In this document: positions 41,551 through 52,640 of the stretch, piece by piece
Layout: each line of letters starts with the position of its first letter
Numbering within the stretch: the first letter of the stretch is position 1
From: an uncultured Acidobacteriota bacterium
GTDB lineage: Bacteria > Acidobacteriota > Thermoanaerobaculia > Gp7-AA8
Length of the DNA: 64,000 bases
NCBI GenBank assembly: GCA_963758195.1
Contig: CAVWUH010000002.1
Coordinates: forward strand, 715,618 to 779,617
Direction: 5' to 3'
Notes under the pieces: generated by a model
Databases searched by the model: none
What the model was told of the DNA's origin: nothing
What the model saw: the letters and a program-made list of their open reading frames with translations, nothing else
Program-made: the position numbers and the translations under genes

Positions 41551-41635
41551 GTTGCTGGTTGCTTGTTGCTGGTTGTCGAGGGGCGTCACGCTTCGATGAA
41601 CCACAACAGCAACCAGCAACCAGGAACCAGCAACC
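41551..41635. repeat. Heptamer-repeat hairpin H11 (ttgctgg units)
   Basis: gttgctggttgcttgttgctggttgt ... acaacagcaaccagcaaccaggaaccagcaacc. Lies between the beta-ureidopropionase stop and the DinB-family start. Confidence 0.7.
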
Positions 41636-41636
41636 C

Positions 41637-42161
41637 ATGTCCGATCCTCGTTATCCCATCGGTCCCTTCGAACCGCGACAGCAACTGACCGCCGAGGAGC
41701 GTCGCGTCATGATCGAGCAGATCGCGGCGACGCCGGCGCGGATGCGCGCGGCGATCGCCGGGCTCGATGGCGCGCAGCTCGACACGCCGTATCGCGACGG
41801 CGGATGGACGGTGCGGCAGGTGATTCATCACGTGCCGGACAGTCACATGAACGCCTTCATCCGGCTCAAGCTCGCGCTGACGGAAGAGCAGCCGACGATC
41901 AAGCCCTACGACGAGGCGGCGTGGGCGAAACTCCCCGACGCGACCGAGACGCCGATCGAAGTCTCGATGACGATTCTCGAATCGGTCCACGCGCGATGGA
42001 CGGGCCTCATGCGCGCGATGGCCGAGGAAGATTTCCGGCGGACGCTCGTGCATCCCGATCATGGCGTGATGACCGTCGACTGGCTCGTGTCGATGTACGC
42101 CTGGCACGGTCGGCATCACGTCGGGCACATCACCTCGCTGCGCGAACGCCTGCGCTGGTAA
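41637..42161 (+). CDS. YfiT/DinB-family metal-dependent hydrolase (bacillithiol-transferase-like)
   Basis: WTVRQVIHHVPDSHMNAFIRLKLAL...WHGRHHVGHI shows the His-triad DinB_2 pattern. Confidence 0.75.
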   Translation: MSDPRYPIGPFEPRQQLTAEERRVMIEQIAATPARMRAAIAGLDGAQLDTPYRDGGWTVRQVIHHVPDSHMNAFIRLKLALTEEQPTIKPYDEAAWAKLPDATETPIEVSMTILESVHARWTGLMRAMAEEDFRRTLVHPDHGVMTVDWLVSMYAWHGRHHVGHITSLRERLRW

Positions 42162-42190
42162 GGGAGCATCTGGTAAGCGAGCATCTGGTG

Positions 42191-43069
42191 ATGCGCACGC
42201 TCACGCGCGACGACTTCGACGCGCTGCACCTCGCGTTCGTCGAAGCCTTCAGCGACTACGTCGTCAAGCTCGCGCCAACGCGCGAGCAACTCGCGGAGAT
42301 GCTGACGCGCCGCGGCTACGTTCCCGAAGCCTCGGTGGCCGAGGTCGAAGGCGACCGCATCGTTGCCTTCACGCTGAACGGAATCGACGGCACGAGCGCC
42401 TACGACACCGGCACCGGCGTCGTCCCTTCCCATCGCCGCCGCGGTCTCGCCAACGCGATGCTGGCGTTCCTCGAGCCGCTGCTGCGCGAGCGCGGCTGTA
42501 CGGAGTACATCCTCGAAGTGCTCGAAGCCAACGCCGCCGCTCGCGCGCTCTACCTCGGCGCGGGGTTTCAGGAGACGCGCGGGTTGCAGTGCTGGACGTT
42601 CGAGGCTCAAGGGCGCACAGGCTCACAGGCTCACAGCGTTTTTGCCCCGGTGAGCCTCGAAGCCCGTGAGCCTGTGAGCCACTGGTGGAGCGTCACTCCC
42701 TCCTGGCAAAACTCCTCGCCCTCGATCGCCCGCGCCCGCGTTCCGCACGTCACGCTCGGCGACGAGAACTGCTACGCGATCCTCTTCCCATCGAACGGCG
42801 ATCTCGCGCAACTCGCGGTGCGTCCCGAGATGCGCCGGCAGGGAATCGGAACGCGACTCCTTCACGAAGTCGCGACACTCGCCGGCAAACCGCTGCGCAT
42901 CATGAACGTCGACGAGCGCGACGAAGGGATTGCTCGTTTTCTCGATGCCGCCGGCGCGAAGCGGATGGTGCGGCAGATCGAGATGCGTTTTCAGCTCGCA
43001 GCTGGCAGCTCGCAGCTCGCAGCGGAAACCACATCGACTCCCGGTCGACTTCTGCCAGCTGAGAGCTGA
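42191..43069 (+). CDS. tandem-GNAT N-acetyltransferase with in-frame repeat insertions
   Basis: Two acetyl-CoA-binding motifs (HRRRGLANAML; RRQGIGTRLLHEV). Hairpin H12 is translated in the inter-domain linker (GRTGSQAHSVFAPVSLEAREPVSHWW). The C-terminal tail (QLAAGSSQLAAETTSTPGRLLPAES) is a translation of hairpin H13. Confidence 0.65.
   Translation: MRTLTRDDFDALHLAFVEAFSDYVVKLAPTREQLAEMLTRRGYVPEASVAEVEGDRIVAFTLNGIDGTSAYDTGTGVVPSHRRRGLANAMLAFLEPLLRERGCTEYILEVLEANAAARALYLGAGFQETRGLQCWTFEAQGRTGSQAHSVFAPVSLEAREPVSHWWSVTPSWQNSSPSIARARVPHVTLGDENCYAILFPSNGDLAQLAVRPEMRRQGIGTRLLHEVATLAGKPLRIMNVDERDEGIARFLDAAGAKRMVRQIEMRFQLAAGSSQLAAETTSTPGRLLPAES
42616..42680. repeat. Heptamer-repeat hairpin H12 ((caggctcac)2 ... 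(gtgagcct)2) in frame inside the GNAT CDS linker
   Basis: cacaggctcacaggctcacagcgtttttgccccggtgagcctcgaagcccgtgagcctgtgagcc. Confidence 0.65.
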
Positions 43070-43082
43070 GAGCTGAGAGCTA
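42992..43082. repeat. Heptamer-repeat hairpin H13 ((cagctcg)n ... (gagctga)3) forming the GNAT C-terminal tail and stop codon
   Basis: cagctcgcagctggcagctcgcagctcgcagc ... tgccagctgagagctgagagctgagagctaag. Confidence 0.65.
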
Positions 43083-43086
43083 AGCC

Positions 43087-43728
43087 ATGGAAATCAAAAT
43101 CTGCTGCATCAGCAGCCACGATGAAGCGCGCATGGCCATCGACGCCGGCGCGAACATTCTCGGACTCGTTTCGGCGATGCCGAGCGGGCCGGGCGTCATC
43201 GACGAAACGCTCATCGCATCGATCGCCGCCGCTGTCGATGCACAGACCTTTCTGCTCACCTCGCTGCGCGATGCCGATGCAATCGTCGCGCAGCATCGGC
43301 GTTGCGGGACGACCGGCATTCAGATCTGCGACGCCCTTCCGCCCGGAAACTTCCGCGCGTTGCGCGAAGCGTTGCCGGGCGTGCGACTCGTCCAGGTCAT
43401 CCACGTCGTCGGCGAGCAGTCGTACGACGAAGCGATGAACGCGGCGAAGGAGGCCGACGCGTTGCTGCTCGATTCGGGCAATCCCGCGCTGCAGATCAAA
43501 GAGCTCGGCGGCACGGGACGCGTCCACGATTGGACGATCAGCAGACGCATCTGCGCGGACGCCGGAGTGCCGGTCTTTCTTGCCGGAGGTCTCCGTCCGG
43601 AAAACGTTGCCGACGCGCTCGCCATGACCGGCGCGAGCGGTGTCGACATCTGCAGCGGCGTGCGCACCGACGACCGACTCGATCGCGCAAAACTCGATCG
43701 TTTCATCTCTGCGGTTACTGGTTTCTAG
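43087..43728 (+). CDS. trpF: N-(5'-phosphoribosyl)anthranilate isomerase
   Basis: MEIKICCISSHDEARMAIDAGANILGLV, a (beta/alpha)8 fold and C-terminal VFLAGGLRPENV match TrpF. Confidence 0.8.
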   Translation: MEIKICCISSHDEARMAIDAGANILGLVSAMPSGPGVIDETLIASIAAAVDAQTFLLTSLRDADAIVAQHRRCGTTGIQICDALPPGNFRALREALPGVRLVQVIHVVGEQSYDEAMNAAKEADALLLDSGNPALQIKELGGTGRVHDWTISRRICADAGVPVFLAGGLRPENVADALAMTGASGVDICSGVRTDDRLDRAKLDRFISAVTGF

Positions 43729-43798
43729 TTGCTGGTTGTCTGCGGTGACTCGATGTTCAGGAGAGATCCACAGATAACCAGCAACCAGGAACCAGGAA
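43714..43798. repeat. Heptamer-repeat hairpin H14 (ttgctgg type) 3' of trpF
   Basis: gttactggtttctagttgctggttgtctgcggtg ... cacagataaccagcaaccaggaaccaggaacg. Confidence 0.7.
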
Positions 43799-43877
43799 CG
43801 AATCGCAGCCTTGGGCAACCCACGCTGCCGGCCGTGCCGGCCGGCTGGCGGGTTTCCTGCTAGTCGAGTAGACGGTC

Positions 43878-44276
43878 ATGCCACAGGGGAACGTTCTGGT
43901 GGTGGAGGATGACGAGGCGATCCGAAGGCTGCTCATCGATTGCCTCCAGGAACATTCCTGCCTCGTCGACGGCGCGCGCGACGGCCGCGACGCCCTGCAC
44001 CAGATCACGACCAAACGCTACGCCGTCATCGTCCTCGACGTGATCATGCCCTTCATGAGCGGCATCGACTTCCTCGACTCCCTGCAAGCGCTCCTCACCG
44101 ACCCCTCGCTCACCACCATCGGCCGCCCTCCCGCCGTCCTCATCGTCACCGCCATCCCCTGCGACGTGATTCCCAGCGGCGAGATCCAGCAACGCTTCCC
44201 CACCATCGTCCGCGACGTGTTCCGCAAACCAATCGACGTGACCGCGCTGGCGACGAGGGTCGAGAGCCTGTTGTAA
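43878..44276 (+). CDS. single-domain response regulator (receiver/CheY-like)
   Basis: VLVVEDDEAIR...AVIVLDVIMPFMSG...FRKP. Receiver domain only, with no output domain. Confidence 0.8.
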   Translation: MPQGNVLVVEDDEAIRRLLIDCLQEHSCLVDGARDGRDALHQITTKRYAVIVLDVIMPFMSGIDFLDSLQALLTDPSLTTIGRPPAVLIVTAIPCDVIPSGEIQQRFPTIVRDVFRKPIDVTALATRVESLL

Positions 44277-44280
44277 AAAA

Positions 44281-44515
44281 GATCGCGGATCGCAGTTCGC
44301 AGATCGCGGGAAAACCACGGCAAACTCCCTGTCATCCCGAGCGTCGAGCGAGGGACCTGGGGGCCGGGTGGCAGAAGGCTCGTGCCTCGCGCCACCCCGC
44401 CCAGGTCCCTCGCTCGACGCTCGGGATGACATGTTTGGGGTTCTCTCCTGCGATCCGCGATCTGCGATCTGCGATCTCGTTGCAATCTGCGATCTCGCAC
44501 GAGCGATCTACAATC
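44281..44515. repeat. Heptamer-repeat hairpin H15 ((gatcgcN) and (gcgatct) arms) carrying family-4 copy 2 in its loop
   Basis: Left gatcgcggatcgcagttcgcagatcgcgg. Right ctgcgatccgcgatctgcgatctgcgatctcgttgcaatctgcgatctcgcacgagcgatct. Confidence 0.7.
44330..44431. repeat. Family-4 palindrome, copy 2, nested between the arms of heptamer hairpin H15
   Basis: Flanked by a (gatcgcN)4 array on the left (44281-44309) and a complementary (gcgatct)n array on the right (44449-44515). Confidence 0.85.
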
Positions 44516-44521
44516 CGCGCC

Positions 44522-47391
44522 ATGCGTCGATTGCTCTCCATCCTTCTCATCCTCGCCGCGAGCGCGCTGAGCATCTCCGCCCAGCCCTACGACCCTTCCC
44601 TCTTCGCCGAAATGCGTTGGCGGATGATCGGGCCGTTTCGCGGCGGGCGCACCGTCGCCGCGGCGGGCGATTCCGGCGCAGCCGAACGTCTTCTACATCG
44701 GCGTCAACAACGGCGGCGTCTGGAAGACCGACCGACTACGGCCGCACGTGGACGCCGATCTTCGACGACCAGCCGACCGGCTCGATCGGCGCGATCGCCG
44801 TCGCGCCGTCCGATCCGAACATCATCTACGTCGGCAGCGGCGAAGGGCTTGCAGCGCCCCGACCTCTCGATCGGCGACGGCATCTACAAGTCGACCGACG
44901 CCGGCAAGACGTGGACGCACCTCGGCCTGCGCGACGGCCAGCAGATCCCGCAGATCGTCGTCGATCCGCACGATCCCGAACCGCCTCTTCGTCGCCGTGC
45001 TCGGCCATCCCTACGGCCCGAACGCGGAGCGCGGCATCTTCCGCTCGACCGACGGCGGCAAGACGTTCGCAGAAGGTGCTCTACAAGGACGAGAACACCG
45101 GCGGCATCGACGTCGCCTTCGATCCGTCGAACCCGCAGACCGTCTACGCCGCGCTGTGGGAGGCGCGGCAGGGGCCGTGGGAGAACGGCGCGTTCTCGCG
45201 GGCCGGGCAGCGGCCTGTTCAAGTCGACCGACGGCGGCACGACGTGGAAGCAGCTGACGAACGGACTGCCCGACGTCGAGCGACGGCCTCGGCCGCATCG
45301 GCATCGACGATCTGCGCCGAGCGATCCGAAGCGGCTGTACGCGATCGTCGACGCGCACGAAGCGGGCGGGCTCTATCGCTCCGACGACGCCGGCGAGAGC
45401 TGGACGCGCGTCAACGACGGACGAGCGCATCTGCGGCCGCGGCGGCGACTTCGCCGAGGTCAGCGTCGATCCGAAGAACCCCGACGTCGTCTACGTCGCC
45501 AACACGTCGACCTGGAAGTCGACCGACGGCGGCAAGACGTTCACCGCGTTCCGCGGCGCGCCCGGCGGCGACGACTATCACCGCATCTGGATCAATCCCG
45601 AACGACCCGAACATCATCCTGCTCGCCGGCGACCAGGGCGCGGTCATCACCGTCAACGGCGGCGCAGACCTGGAGCTCCTGGTACAACCAGCCGACCGCG
45701 CAGTTCTACCACGTCAACACCGACAACGCGTTTCCGTACCGGGTCTGCGGCGGACAGCAGGAGAGCGGCTCGGCGTGCGTGCCAGCCGCGGCGACGACGG
45801 CGCAGATCACGTTCCGCGACTGGCATCCGGTCGGCGTCGAGGAGTACGGCTACGTCGCGCCCGATCCGCTCGATCCCGACATCATCTACGGCGGCAAGGT
45901 GACGCGCTACGACCGCCGCACCGGCCAGGTGCAAGACGTCACGCCCGAAGCCGCTGCGCGGCGCCGGCTATCGCGTCGTGCGCACGCGCCGGTCGTCTTC
46001 TCGCCGGTCGATCCGCACGTGCTCTTCTTCGCCTCGAACACGCTGTGGAAGACGACGAACGGCGGCAGCAGCTGGACGGAGATCAGCCCCGACCTGACGC
46101 GCAAGACGTGGGCGATGCCGGCGAGCGTCGGCATCTACACGAACACGCCCGCGGCGAAGCCGACGCAGCGCGGCGTCATCTACGCGGTCGCGCCGTCGCC
46201 GCTCGACGTCAACCGCATCTGGGCCGGCACCGACGACGGCCTGATTCACGTCACGACCGACGGCGGCAAGAACTGGAAGGACGTCACGCCGCCGCAGCTC
46301 GACGCCGTGGGCAAGGTCTCGATCCTCGACGCCTCGCACTTCGACGCGCAGCACCGCCTACGCCGCGGTCAACACGTTCCGGCTCGACGACCTGCGCCCG
46401 CACATCTATCCGCACGCACGACGGCGGCAAGACGTGGACGGAGATCGTCAGCGGCATCCCCGACGGCGCGATCGATCAACGTCGTCCGCGAAGATCCGAA
46501 GCAGAAGGGCCTGCTCTTCGCCGGCACCGAGCGCAGGTCTACGTCTCGTTCGACGACGGCGACCACTGGCAGTCGCTGCGGCTCAACATGCCGGCGACGT
46601 CGATCCGCGATCTCGTGATGCACGAACGACGACCTCGTCGTCGGCACGCACGGCCGCGGCTTCTGGATCCTCGACGACATCGACGCCGCTGCGCCAGAGT
46701 CGCCGACGCCGACAGCCGACGCGTTCCTCTTCAAGCCCGCAACGCGCGCTGCGCGTCCGCTGGAACACGAACACCGACACGCCGCTGCCGCCCGACGAGC
46801 CCGCGGGCCAGAATCCGCCCGACGGCGCGATCATCGACTACTACCTGGCGTCGCCGTCGGCGACCGGCGACGCTCGAGATCCTCGACGCATCCGGCGCGC
46901 TCGTGCGCCGCTACTCGAGCAGCGACGTCGTCGCGCCAGTCGCCGATCAGGAGAACGTGCCCTGGTACTGGATCCGTCCACAACGCGCGCTCCCCGCCAC
47001 CGCCGGCATGCACCGCTTCACCTGGGATCTCCGCTATCCGCCCCTGCCGGAGAAAGCCCCCAGCTTCTCCATCGCCGCAACCCCCGGCGACACCGCTCCC
47101 GATTCGATCGCACCCTGGGCCATGCCCGGCACGTACACGATCAAGCTCACCGCCAACGGCCACACATTCACGCAGCCGCTGATCGTTACCATGGACCCTC
47201 GCGTGAAAACCTCCCGCGAAGATCTGGCGCAACAGTTCTCCCTCTCGATCCGCCTCTACCAGGCACTGAAAGCCGAAACCGAAGGCTCCGACCGCGCCAC
47301 GAAACTGCGCCGCCTCCTCGACACCCTCCAAAGCGCCGACGTCGCGCCGACTGCTCAGTTGGTCACGGCGGTGGAGGATGCGTTGAAGTAG
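44522..47391 (+). pseudogene. BNR/sortilin (VPS10)-repeat glycosyl-hydrolase-like secreted protein, with many frameshifts
   Basis: Signal peptide MRRLLSILLILAASALSISA. Repeated SxDxGxTW BNR motifs (STDAGKTWTH, STDGGKTF, STDGGTTWKQ, TTNGGSSWTE, TTDGGKNWKD, DDGDHWQS) are spread over all three plus-strand frames from 44.5 to 47.4 kb. Confidence 0.75.
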
Positions 47392-47447
47392 TTCTCCGCA
47401 TCTCCGCGTCTCCGCGTGAAATCCATCTCACGCGGAGACGCGGAGGA
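47392..47447. repeat. Heptamer-repeat hairpin H16 (ctccgcg units)
   Basis: ttctccgcatctccgcgtctccgcgtgaaatccatctcacgcggagacgcggagg. Lies between the BNR hydrolase and GH57 genes. Confidence 0.7.
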
Positions 47448-47476
47448 AAATCGGAATCCGATACCATCCCCCGCCC

Positions 47477-49885
47477 ATGCCCACGCGTTTCATCACCATC
47501 CACGGACACTTCTACCAACCGCCGCGCGAAAACCCCTGGCTCGAGGCGGTGGAGACGCAGGATTCCGCGTTTCCGTATCACGACTGGAACGAGCGCATCA
47601 CCGCCGAGTGCTACGAGCCGAACGCCTCGGCGCGCATCCTCGATCGCGAAAGAGCGCATCCGCGGAATCGTCAACAACTACGCATCGATCAGCTTCAACT
47701 TCGGACCGACGCTCCTCAGCTGGCTCGCAGTCCTGCGCGCAGGAAACGTACGCCGCGATCATCGAAGCCGATCGGCTTTCGCGCACGCGGCGCTCGGGGC
47801 ATGGCAACGCCATCGCGCAGGCCTACAACCACATCATCCTGCCGCTCGCAAACGCGCGCGACCAACGGACGCAGGTACGTTGGGGCATCCGCGATTTCGA
47901 ACATCGCTTCGGCCGCAAGCCCGAGGGGATGTGGCTGCCGGAGACGGCCGTCGACGTCGCATCGCTCGAGGCGCTGGCGGCGGAAGGAATCGCCTTCACG
48001 ATCCTCGAGCCGAGCAGGCAGCGCGCTAGAACCGTCGCGAACGGTGGCGCAGCGGGCTCGATCCGACGATGCCGTACCTCTGCAAGCTTCCCTCGGGGCG
48101 CTCGATCGCGATCTTCTTCTACGACGGACCGATCTCGCGCGCCGTCGCCTTCGAGCGCCTCCTCGCGCGCGGCGAGAACCTCGCCCATCGCCTCGCTCGG
48201 CGCGTTCAGCGACACGCGACCGCACACGCAGCTCGTGAACATCGCCACCGACGGCGAGACCTACGGCCACCATCACCGCTTCGGCGACATGGCGCTCGCC
48301 TACGCGCTGCGCTCATCGAAGAGCAAAAGTCTCGCGACGCTCACGAACTACGCCGAGTTTCTCGAGCGCCATCCCGCCGACGCACGAGGTCGAGATCGTC
48401 GAGCAGACGTCGTGGAGCTGCGCCCACGGCGTCGAGCGCTGGCGCAGCGACTGCGGCTGCAACACCGGCGGCGCACCGGGATGGAATCAGCAGTGGCGCG
48501 CGCCGCTGCGCGCGGCGCTCGACTGGCTGCGCGACGAAGCAGCGGCGATCTTCGAGCGCGTCGGCAAGCTCGTGCTGCGCGATCCCTGGGCGGCGCGCGA
48601 CGAGTACATCGACGTCATCCTCGATCGCAGCGAACAGACGATCGTCGACGCTTCATCTTGCGAAGCATGCGATCGACGGTCGCGCGCACGATCACGTCCT
48701 CGAGCTGCTGGAGATGCAGCGCAACGCCATGCTCATGTACACGAGCTGCGGCTGGTTCTTCAACGAGATCTCCGGCATCGAGACGCGTGCAGGTGCTGCA
48801 CTACGCCGCGCGCGTCGATCCAGCTCGCCGAGCGCCTCGGCGCGACGTCCCTCGAAGCAGCAGTTCCTCGACCGCCTCGAGCCCGCGCGCAGCAACCTGC
48901 CGCCGGCAAGGGCAACGGACGCCAGATCTACGAGCGCGACGTCATCCCGGCGCGTCTCGATCTCTCGCGCGTCGCCGCGCACTACGCCGTGCTCTCGCTC
49001 TTCGACGACTTCGACGACGACGCGCGCGTCTACTGCTACGACGTCACGCGCCGCGACTTCGAGATCCACAAGAGCCGGCCGCGCGCGTCTGGCGATCGGC
49101 GCGATCGAAGTCACGTTCGCGCATCACCCGCGAGACCGCTGCCTTCGAATTCGCCGCTTGCACCTCGGCGAAACGGAGCTGACCGGCGGCGTCCGCGCGC
49201 TGCAAGCCGGCTCGAACTACGACTCCGTCCGCACGCAACTCGCTGCAGGCCATGGAGCCGGGCGGCGTGCCGATTCGTCATCCGATTGCTCGACACGCAT
49301 TTCGGCGAGACGCCGCTCTCCATCCGCTCGCTCTTCCGCGACGAGCAGCGCCGCATCCTGCAGCGAGCTCATCGACGCGACGCTGGAGGAAGCGGAGATC
49401 GACGTTCCGCCAACTCCACGAGCGCTACGACCCGCTGATGCGCTTTCACACGCGCCTCGGCATCCCCGTTCCGAAGGTCCTGCAGACCGCCGCCGAGTTC
49501 GATCTCAACATGCAGATTCGACGCTTCCTCGAAGAAGACGACCGCGCCGCTCGCGGAGATCGAGGCGCGGCTGCGCGAGGCGCAGCGAAGAAGGTGCAAC
49601 GCTCGACGAGATGACGCTGGTGGCCTTCCGCGATGCCGTCGAGCGCGCGTCGGAGCGTTTTCGTCAACGCCCCGAGGATCTCGATCGGCTGGAAGCATTC
49701 GACACGATCGTCACGCATCGTGCGCGACGGAGCGATCAACATCGATCTGCGCCGCGCGCAGAATCGCTACTACCGCCTGCGCAACACCGTGCGGCCCGCC
49801 ATCGCCGCGAGCGGCGATGCCGCGAAGCGAATGGCTGGCGCTGTTCGATGGCCTCGGCGAGAAACTGTCGATGGCACCGGTATAG
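47477..49885 (+). pseudogene. glycoside hydrolase family 57 protein (alpha-glucan branching/amylase type, with DUF3536-like C-terminus), with multiple frameshifts
   Basis: GH57 N-terminal signature FITIHGHFYQPPRENPW, catalytic region NIATDGETYGHHHRFGDMALA, and cysteine-rich SWSCAHGVERWRSDCGC. The segments are distributed over three frames. Confidence 0.8.
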
Positions 49886-49901
49886 CTACAATCGAGCGCG
49901 A

Positions 49902-51426
49902 ATGCACACCTCCGTCTCCCCCGCCCACGATGCCCGACGAGTGGCCGGCGTGCTTCTCCATCCGACGTCTCTGCCTCGGCGCTACGGCATCGGCGAGCTC
50001 GGCGATCACGCCGTCGAGTTCCTCGACTGGGCCGCGAGCGCTGGCATGCGGATCTGGCAGGTCCTGCCGCTGAATCCTCCCGGCTACGGCGCCTCGCCGT
50101 ACGGATGCCTCTCGTCCTTCGCCGGCAATCCGCTGCTCATCTCCTGCAGCGCTTGCTGCAGGAGGGACTGCTCGACGCCGAGCGACGTCGCCGACGTGCC
50201 GCGATTCTCGGATCAGCACGTCGAGCTCGATCGCGTTCAGACGTTCAAGTTCGCGCTGCTTCGCAAATCGTGGCAACGCTTCGAAGAGCGCGCGCCGGAC
50301 TCGCTGCGGGCGCAGCTCGACGCGTTCGTCCATGCACCCGAACAGCGCGAATGGCTCGACGACTACACGCTCTACATGGCGCTCAAGGACCACACCGGCG
50401 GCCAGCCCTGGTGGCGCTGGAACAGCGGGCTCATGAAGCGCACCCCGCGCGCGATGGAGCGCGCGCGCGTTCGCCACATCGACGCGATCCGCTTCTGGGA
50501 GTTCGCGCAGTTCCTGTTCTTCCGGCAGTGGGCGTGCGATTCGCGAAGCCGCGCACGCGCGCGGCATTCGCATCATGGGCGACGTGCCGATCTACGTCGC
50601 CGGCGACAGCGCCGACGTCTGGGCCAATCGCGAGCTCTTTCAGCTCGACGAGCATGGACAGCCGACCGTCGTCGCCGGCGTTCCGCCCGACTACTTCAGC
50701 GCAACCGGCCAGCGCTGGGGCAATCCGCTCTATCGCTGGGACCTCATGCGCGAGACGCAGTACCGCTGGTGGGTCGCCCGCGTGCGCACCAACCTGCGCT
50801 TCGCCGACATCGTGCGCCTCGATCACTTCCGCGGATTCGCCGCGTACTGGGAAATCCCCGCGAGCGAAGACGACCGCGGTGCGCGGACGCTGGATGCCCG
50901 GCCCCGGCCTCGCGCTCTTCGAAACGCTGCAACGCGAGCTCGGTCAACTTCCGCTCATCGCCGAAGACCTCGGCTTCATCACCGAGGATGTTCACGAACT
51001 GCGCAGAGCGATCGGGACTGCCGGGCATGCAGCATCCTGCAGTTCGGATTCGGACAGGACGACAGCCCGCACCTTCCGCATCGCTTCGAGCCGCACACGG
51101 TCGTCTACACCGGCACGCACGACAACGACACCGCGCGCGGCTGGTTCGAAGCCGCCAGCACCGAAGAGCGCGACAACGCGCGCGCCTACCTCGGCTGCTC
51201 GCACGCGGAAGAGATTGCAACGGCCTTGATCCGCGCGGCCTACACATCCGTCGCGGAAGCGGCCATCGTCCCCGTCCAGGACATCCTCGGCCTCGCCAGC
51301 GACGCCCGCATGAACACCCCCGGCGAAGAACAACACAACTGGACCTGGCGCCTCGCTCCCGGCATCCTGCGCAACGAGCACGCGGTGAGTTTGCGCAAGC
51401 TCGCGGCAATCACGGGCCGCGTGTAA
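49902..51426 (+). pseudogene. malQ: 4-alpha-glucanotransferase (amylomaltase, GH77), with multiple frameshifts
   Basis: N-terminus GVLLHPTSLPRRYGIGELGD...WQVLPLNPPGYGASPYGCLSSFAGNPLLIS. DVPIYVAGDSADVW, DHFRGF and YTGTHDNDT motifs lie in shifted frames. Confidence 0.8.
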
Positions 51427-51439
51427 CGCACGCGCCGGC

Positions 51440-51560
51440 AGCGAGACGCTGCCGGCCCAGCCGGCGAGACGCCGGCGGTCCAACGGCGTCGCTTGTGGAC
51501 CGCTGCCGTCTCGGCGGCTGGCGTGGCGGCGTCCCGCGCCGCCACTCGGGCGGGTGGGCG
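51440..51560. repeat. Family-2 element, copy d (permuted, like copy b)
   Basis: Half-B, spacer, half-A arrangement. Lies between malQ and the ydjM-like gene. Confidence 0.75.
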
Positions 51561-51577
51561 GTTACGATTCACCCGCA

Positions 51578-52090
51578 ATGCCGACGATCTTCACGCACCC
51601 CGCGCTGACCTTGCTGAAACCGTGGTTCCCGCGTGTTCCGTCGCGCGCGATCGCCGCCGGCATCGTGGCCAGCATGCTTCCCGATGCCGACACCATCGGT
51701 TTCGCCTTCGGCATCCCTTACGGTTCGACATTCGGTCATCGCGGGTTCACGCACTCGATCGTCTTCGCGCTCCTCGTCGCTACGCTTGGAACATGGCTGC
51801 TGCGCGTCAGCGCGAATCGCGGCGTCACCTTCGCGTTTCTGTTCCTCTGCGCGATCTCCCATCCGATCCTGGATGCCTTCACGAATGGAGGACGCGGGAT
51901 CGCGTTCTTTTCACCGTTCAGCAATCACCGCTACTTCTTCCCCTGGCGCCCGATCGACGTCTCGCCGATCGGAGTGCGCTTCTTCAGCGACCGCGGCCTG
52001 CACGTCATCACGAGCGAGTTGATCTGGGTGTGGACGCCGTGCGTCGTGCTAGGACTCGCCGGATGGCTTCACGCGCGAAAGACGTCGTGA
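51578..52090 (+). CDS. membrane-bound metal-dependent hydrolase (YdjM/DUF457-like)
   Basis: The start is set at MPTIFTHPAL; the upstream part of the ORF translates a family-2 repeat. Four transmembrane helices with conserved His residues (FGHRGFTHS, ISHPILD). Confidence 0.6.
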   Translation: MPTIFTHPALTLLKPWFPRVPSRAIAAGIVASMLPDADTIGFAFGIPYGSTFGHRGFTHSIVFALLVATLGTWLLRVSANRGVTFAFLFLCAISHPILDAFTNGGRGIAFFSPFSNHRYFFPWRPIDVSPIGVRFFSDRGLHVITSELIWVWTPCVVLGLAGWLHARKTS

Positions 52091-52629
52091 ATGTCGAGCG
52101 CGAATCCGGCGAGGATCGGAGTCGTGATCGTGCCGCCGGTCTCCGTGCTGATCTCTGCCACGCGTTGAAACGCGGCATCGACACGACGGTGAATCTTCAC
52201 TGTCTCGAGCTCGGGATCGACGATCCAGTATTCGGCGACGCCGTTTTCATCGTAGATCTTGCGCTTCTGGATCTCGTCCCGGCGGCGTGTGCTCGGTGAA
52301 AGAACCTCCACCACGAGATCCGGTGCGCCGCGGAGATTCTTCTCTCCTACGATTCCCGCGCTCGCGGTCGTGATGACGACGAGATCCGGCTCCAGCATGT
52401 TGTCTTCGTCGAACACCACATCGAGCGGAGAACTCAACACTTCGCCGCCGCCGTGAGCCACGAAGTGGCGATACAACGCGAACCAGATTCGGCCGACAAT
52501 GCGTTGATGCGTGGGAATGGGAGCAGGATTCACGAGCAACTCCCCATCAATGATCTCGTAATGCTTACCGTCATCCGGCAGCTTGAGGTATTCCTCGTAG
52601 GTCATCCTGGTCGAGGTCTCGGTAGCCAT
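52069..52629 (-). CDS. Uma2-family endonuclease (DUF820)
   Basis: YEIIDGELLVNPAP...EPDLVVI...APDLVVEVLSPST...KYDENGVAEYWIVDP is the canonical Uma2 PD-(D/E)xK pattern. Confidence 0.8.
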   Translation of the reverse strand: MATETSTRMTYEEYLKLPDDGKHYEIIDGELLVNPAPIPTHQRIVGRIWFALYRHFVAHGGGEVLSSPLDVVFDEDNMLEPDLVVITTASAGIVGEKNLRGAPDLVVEVLSPSTRRRDEIQKRKIYDENGVAEYWIVDPELETVKIHRRVDAAFQRVAEISTETGGTITTPILAGFALDIHDVFRA

Positions 52630-52640
52630 GATTCGAAAGT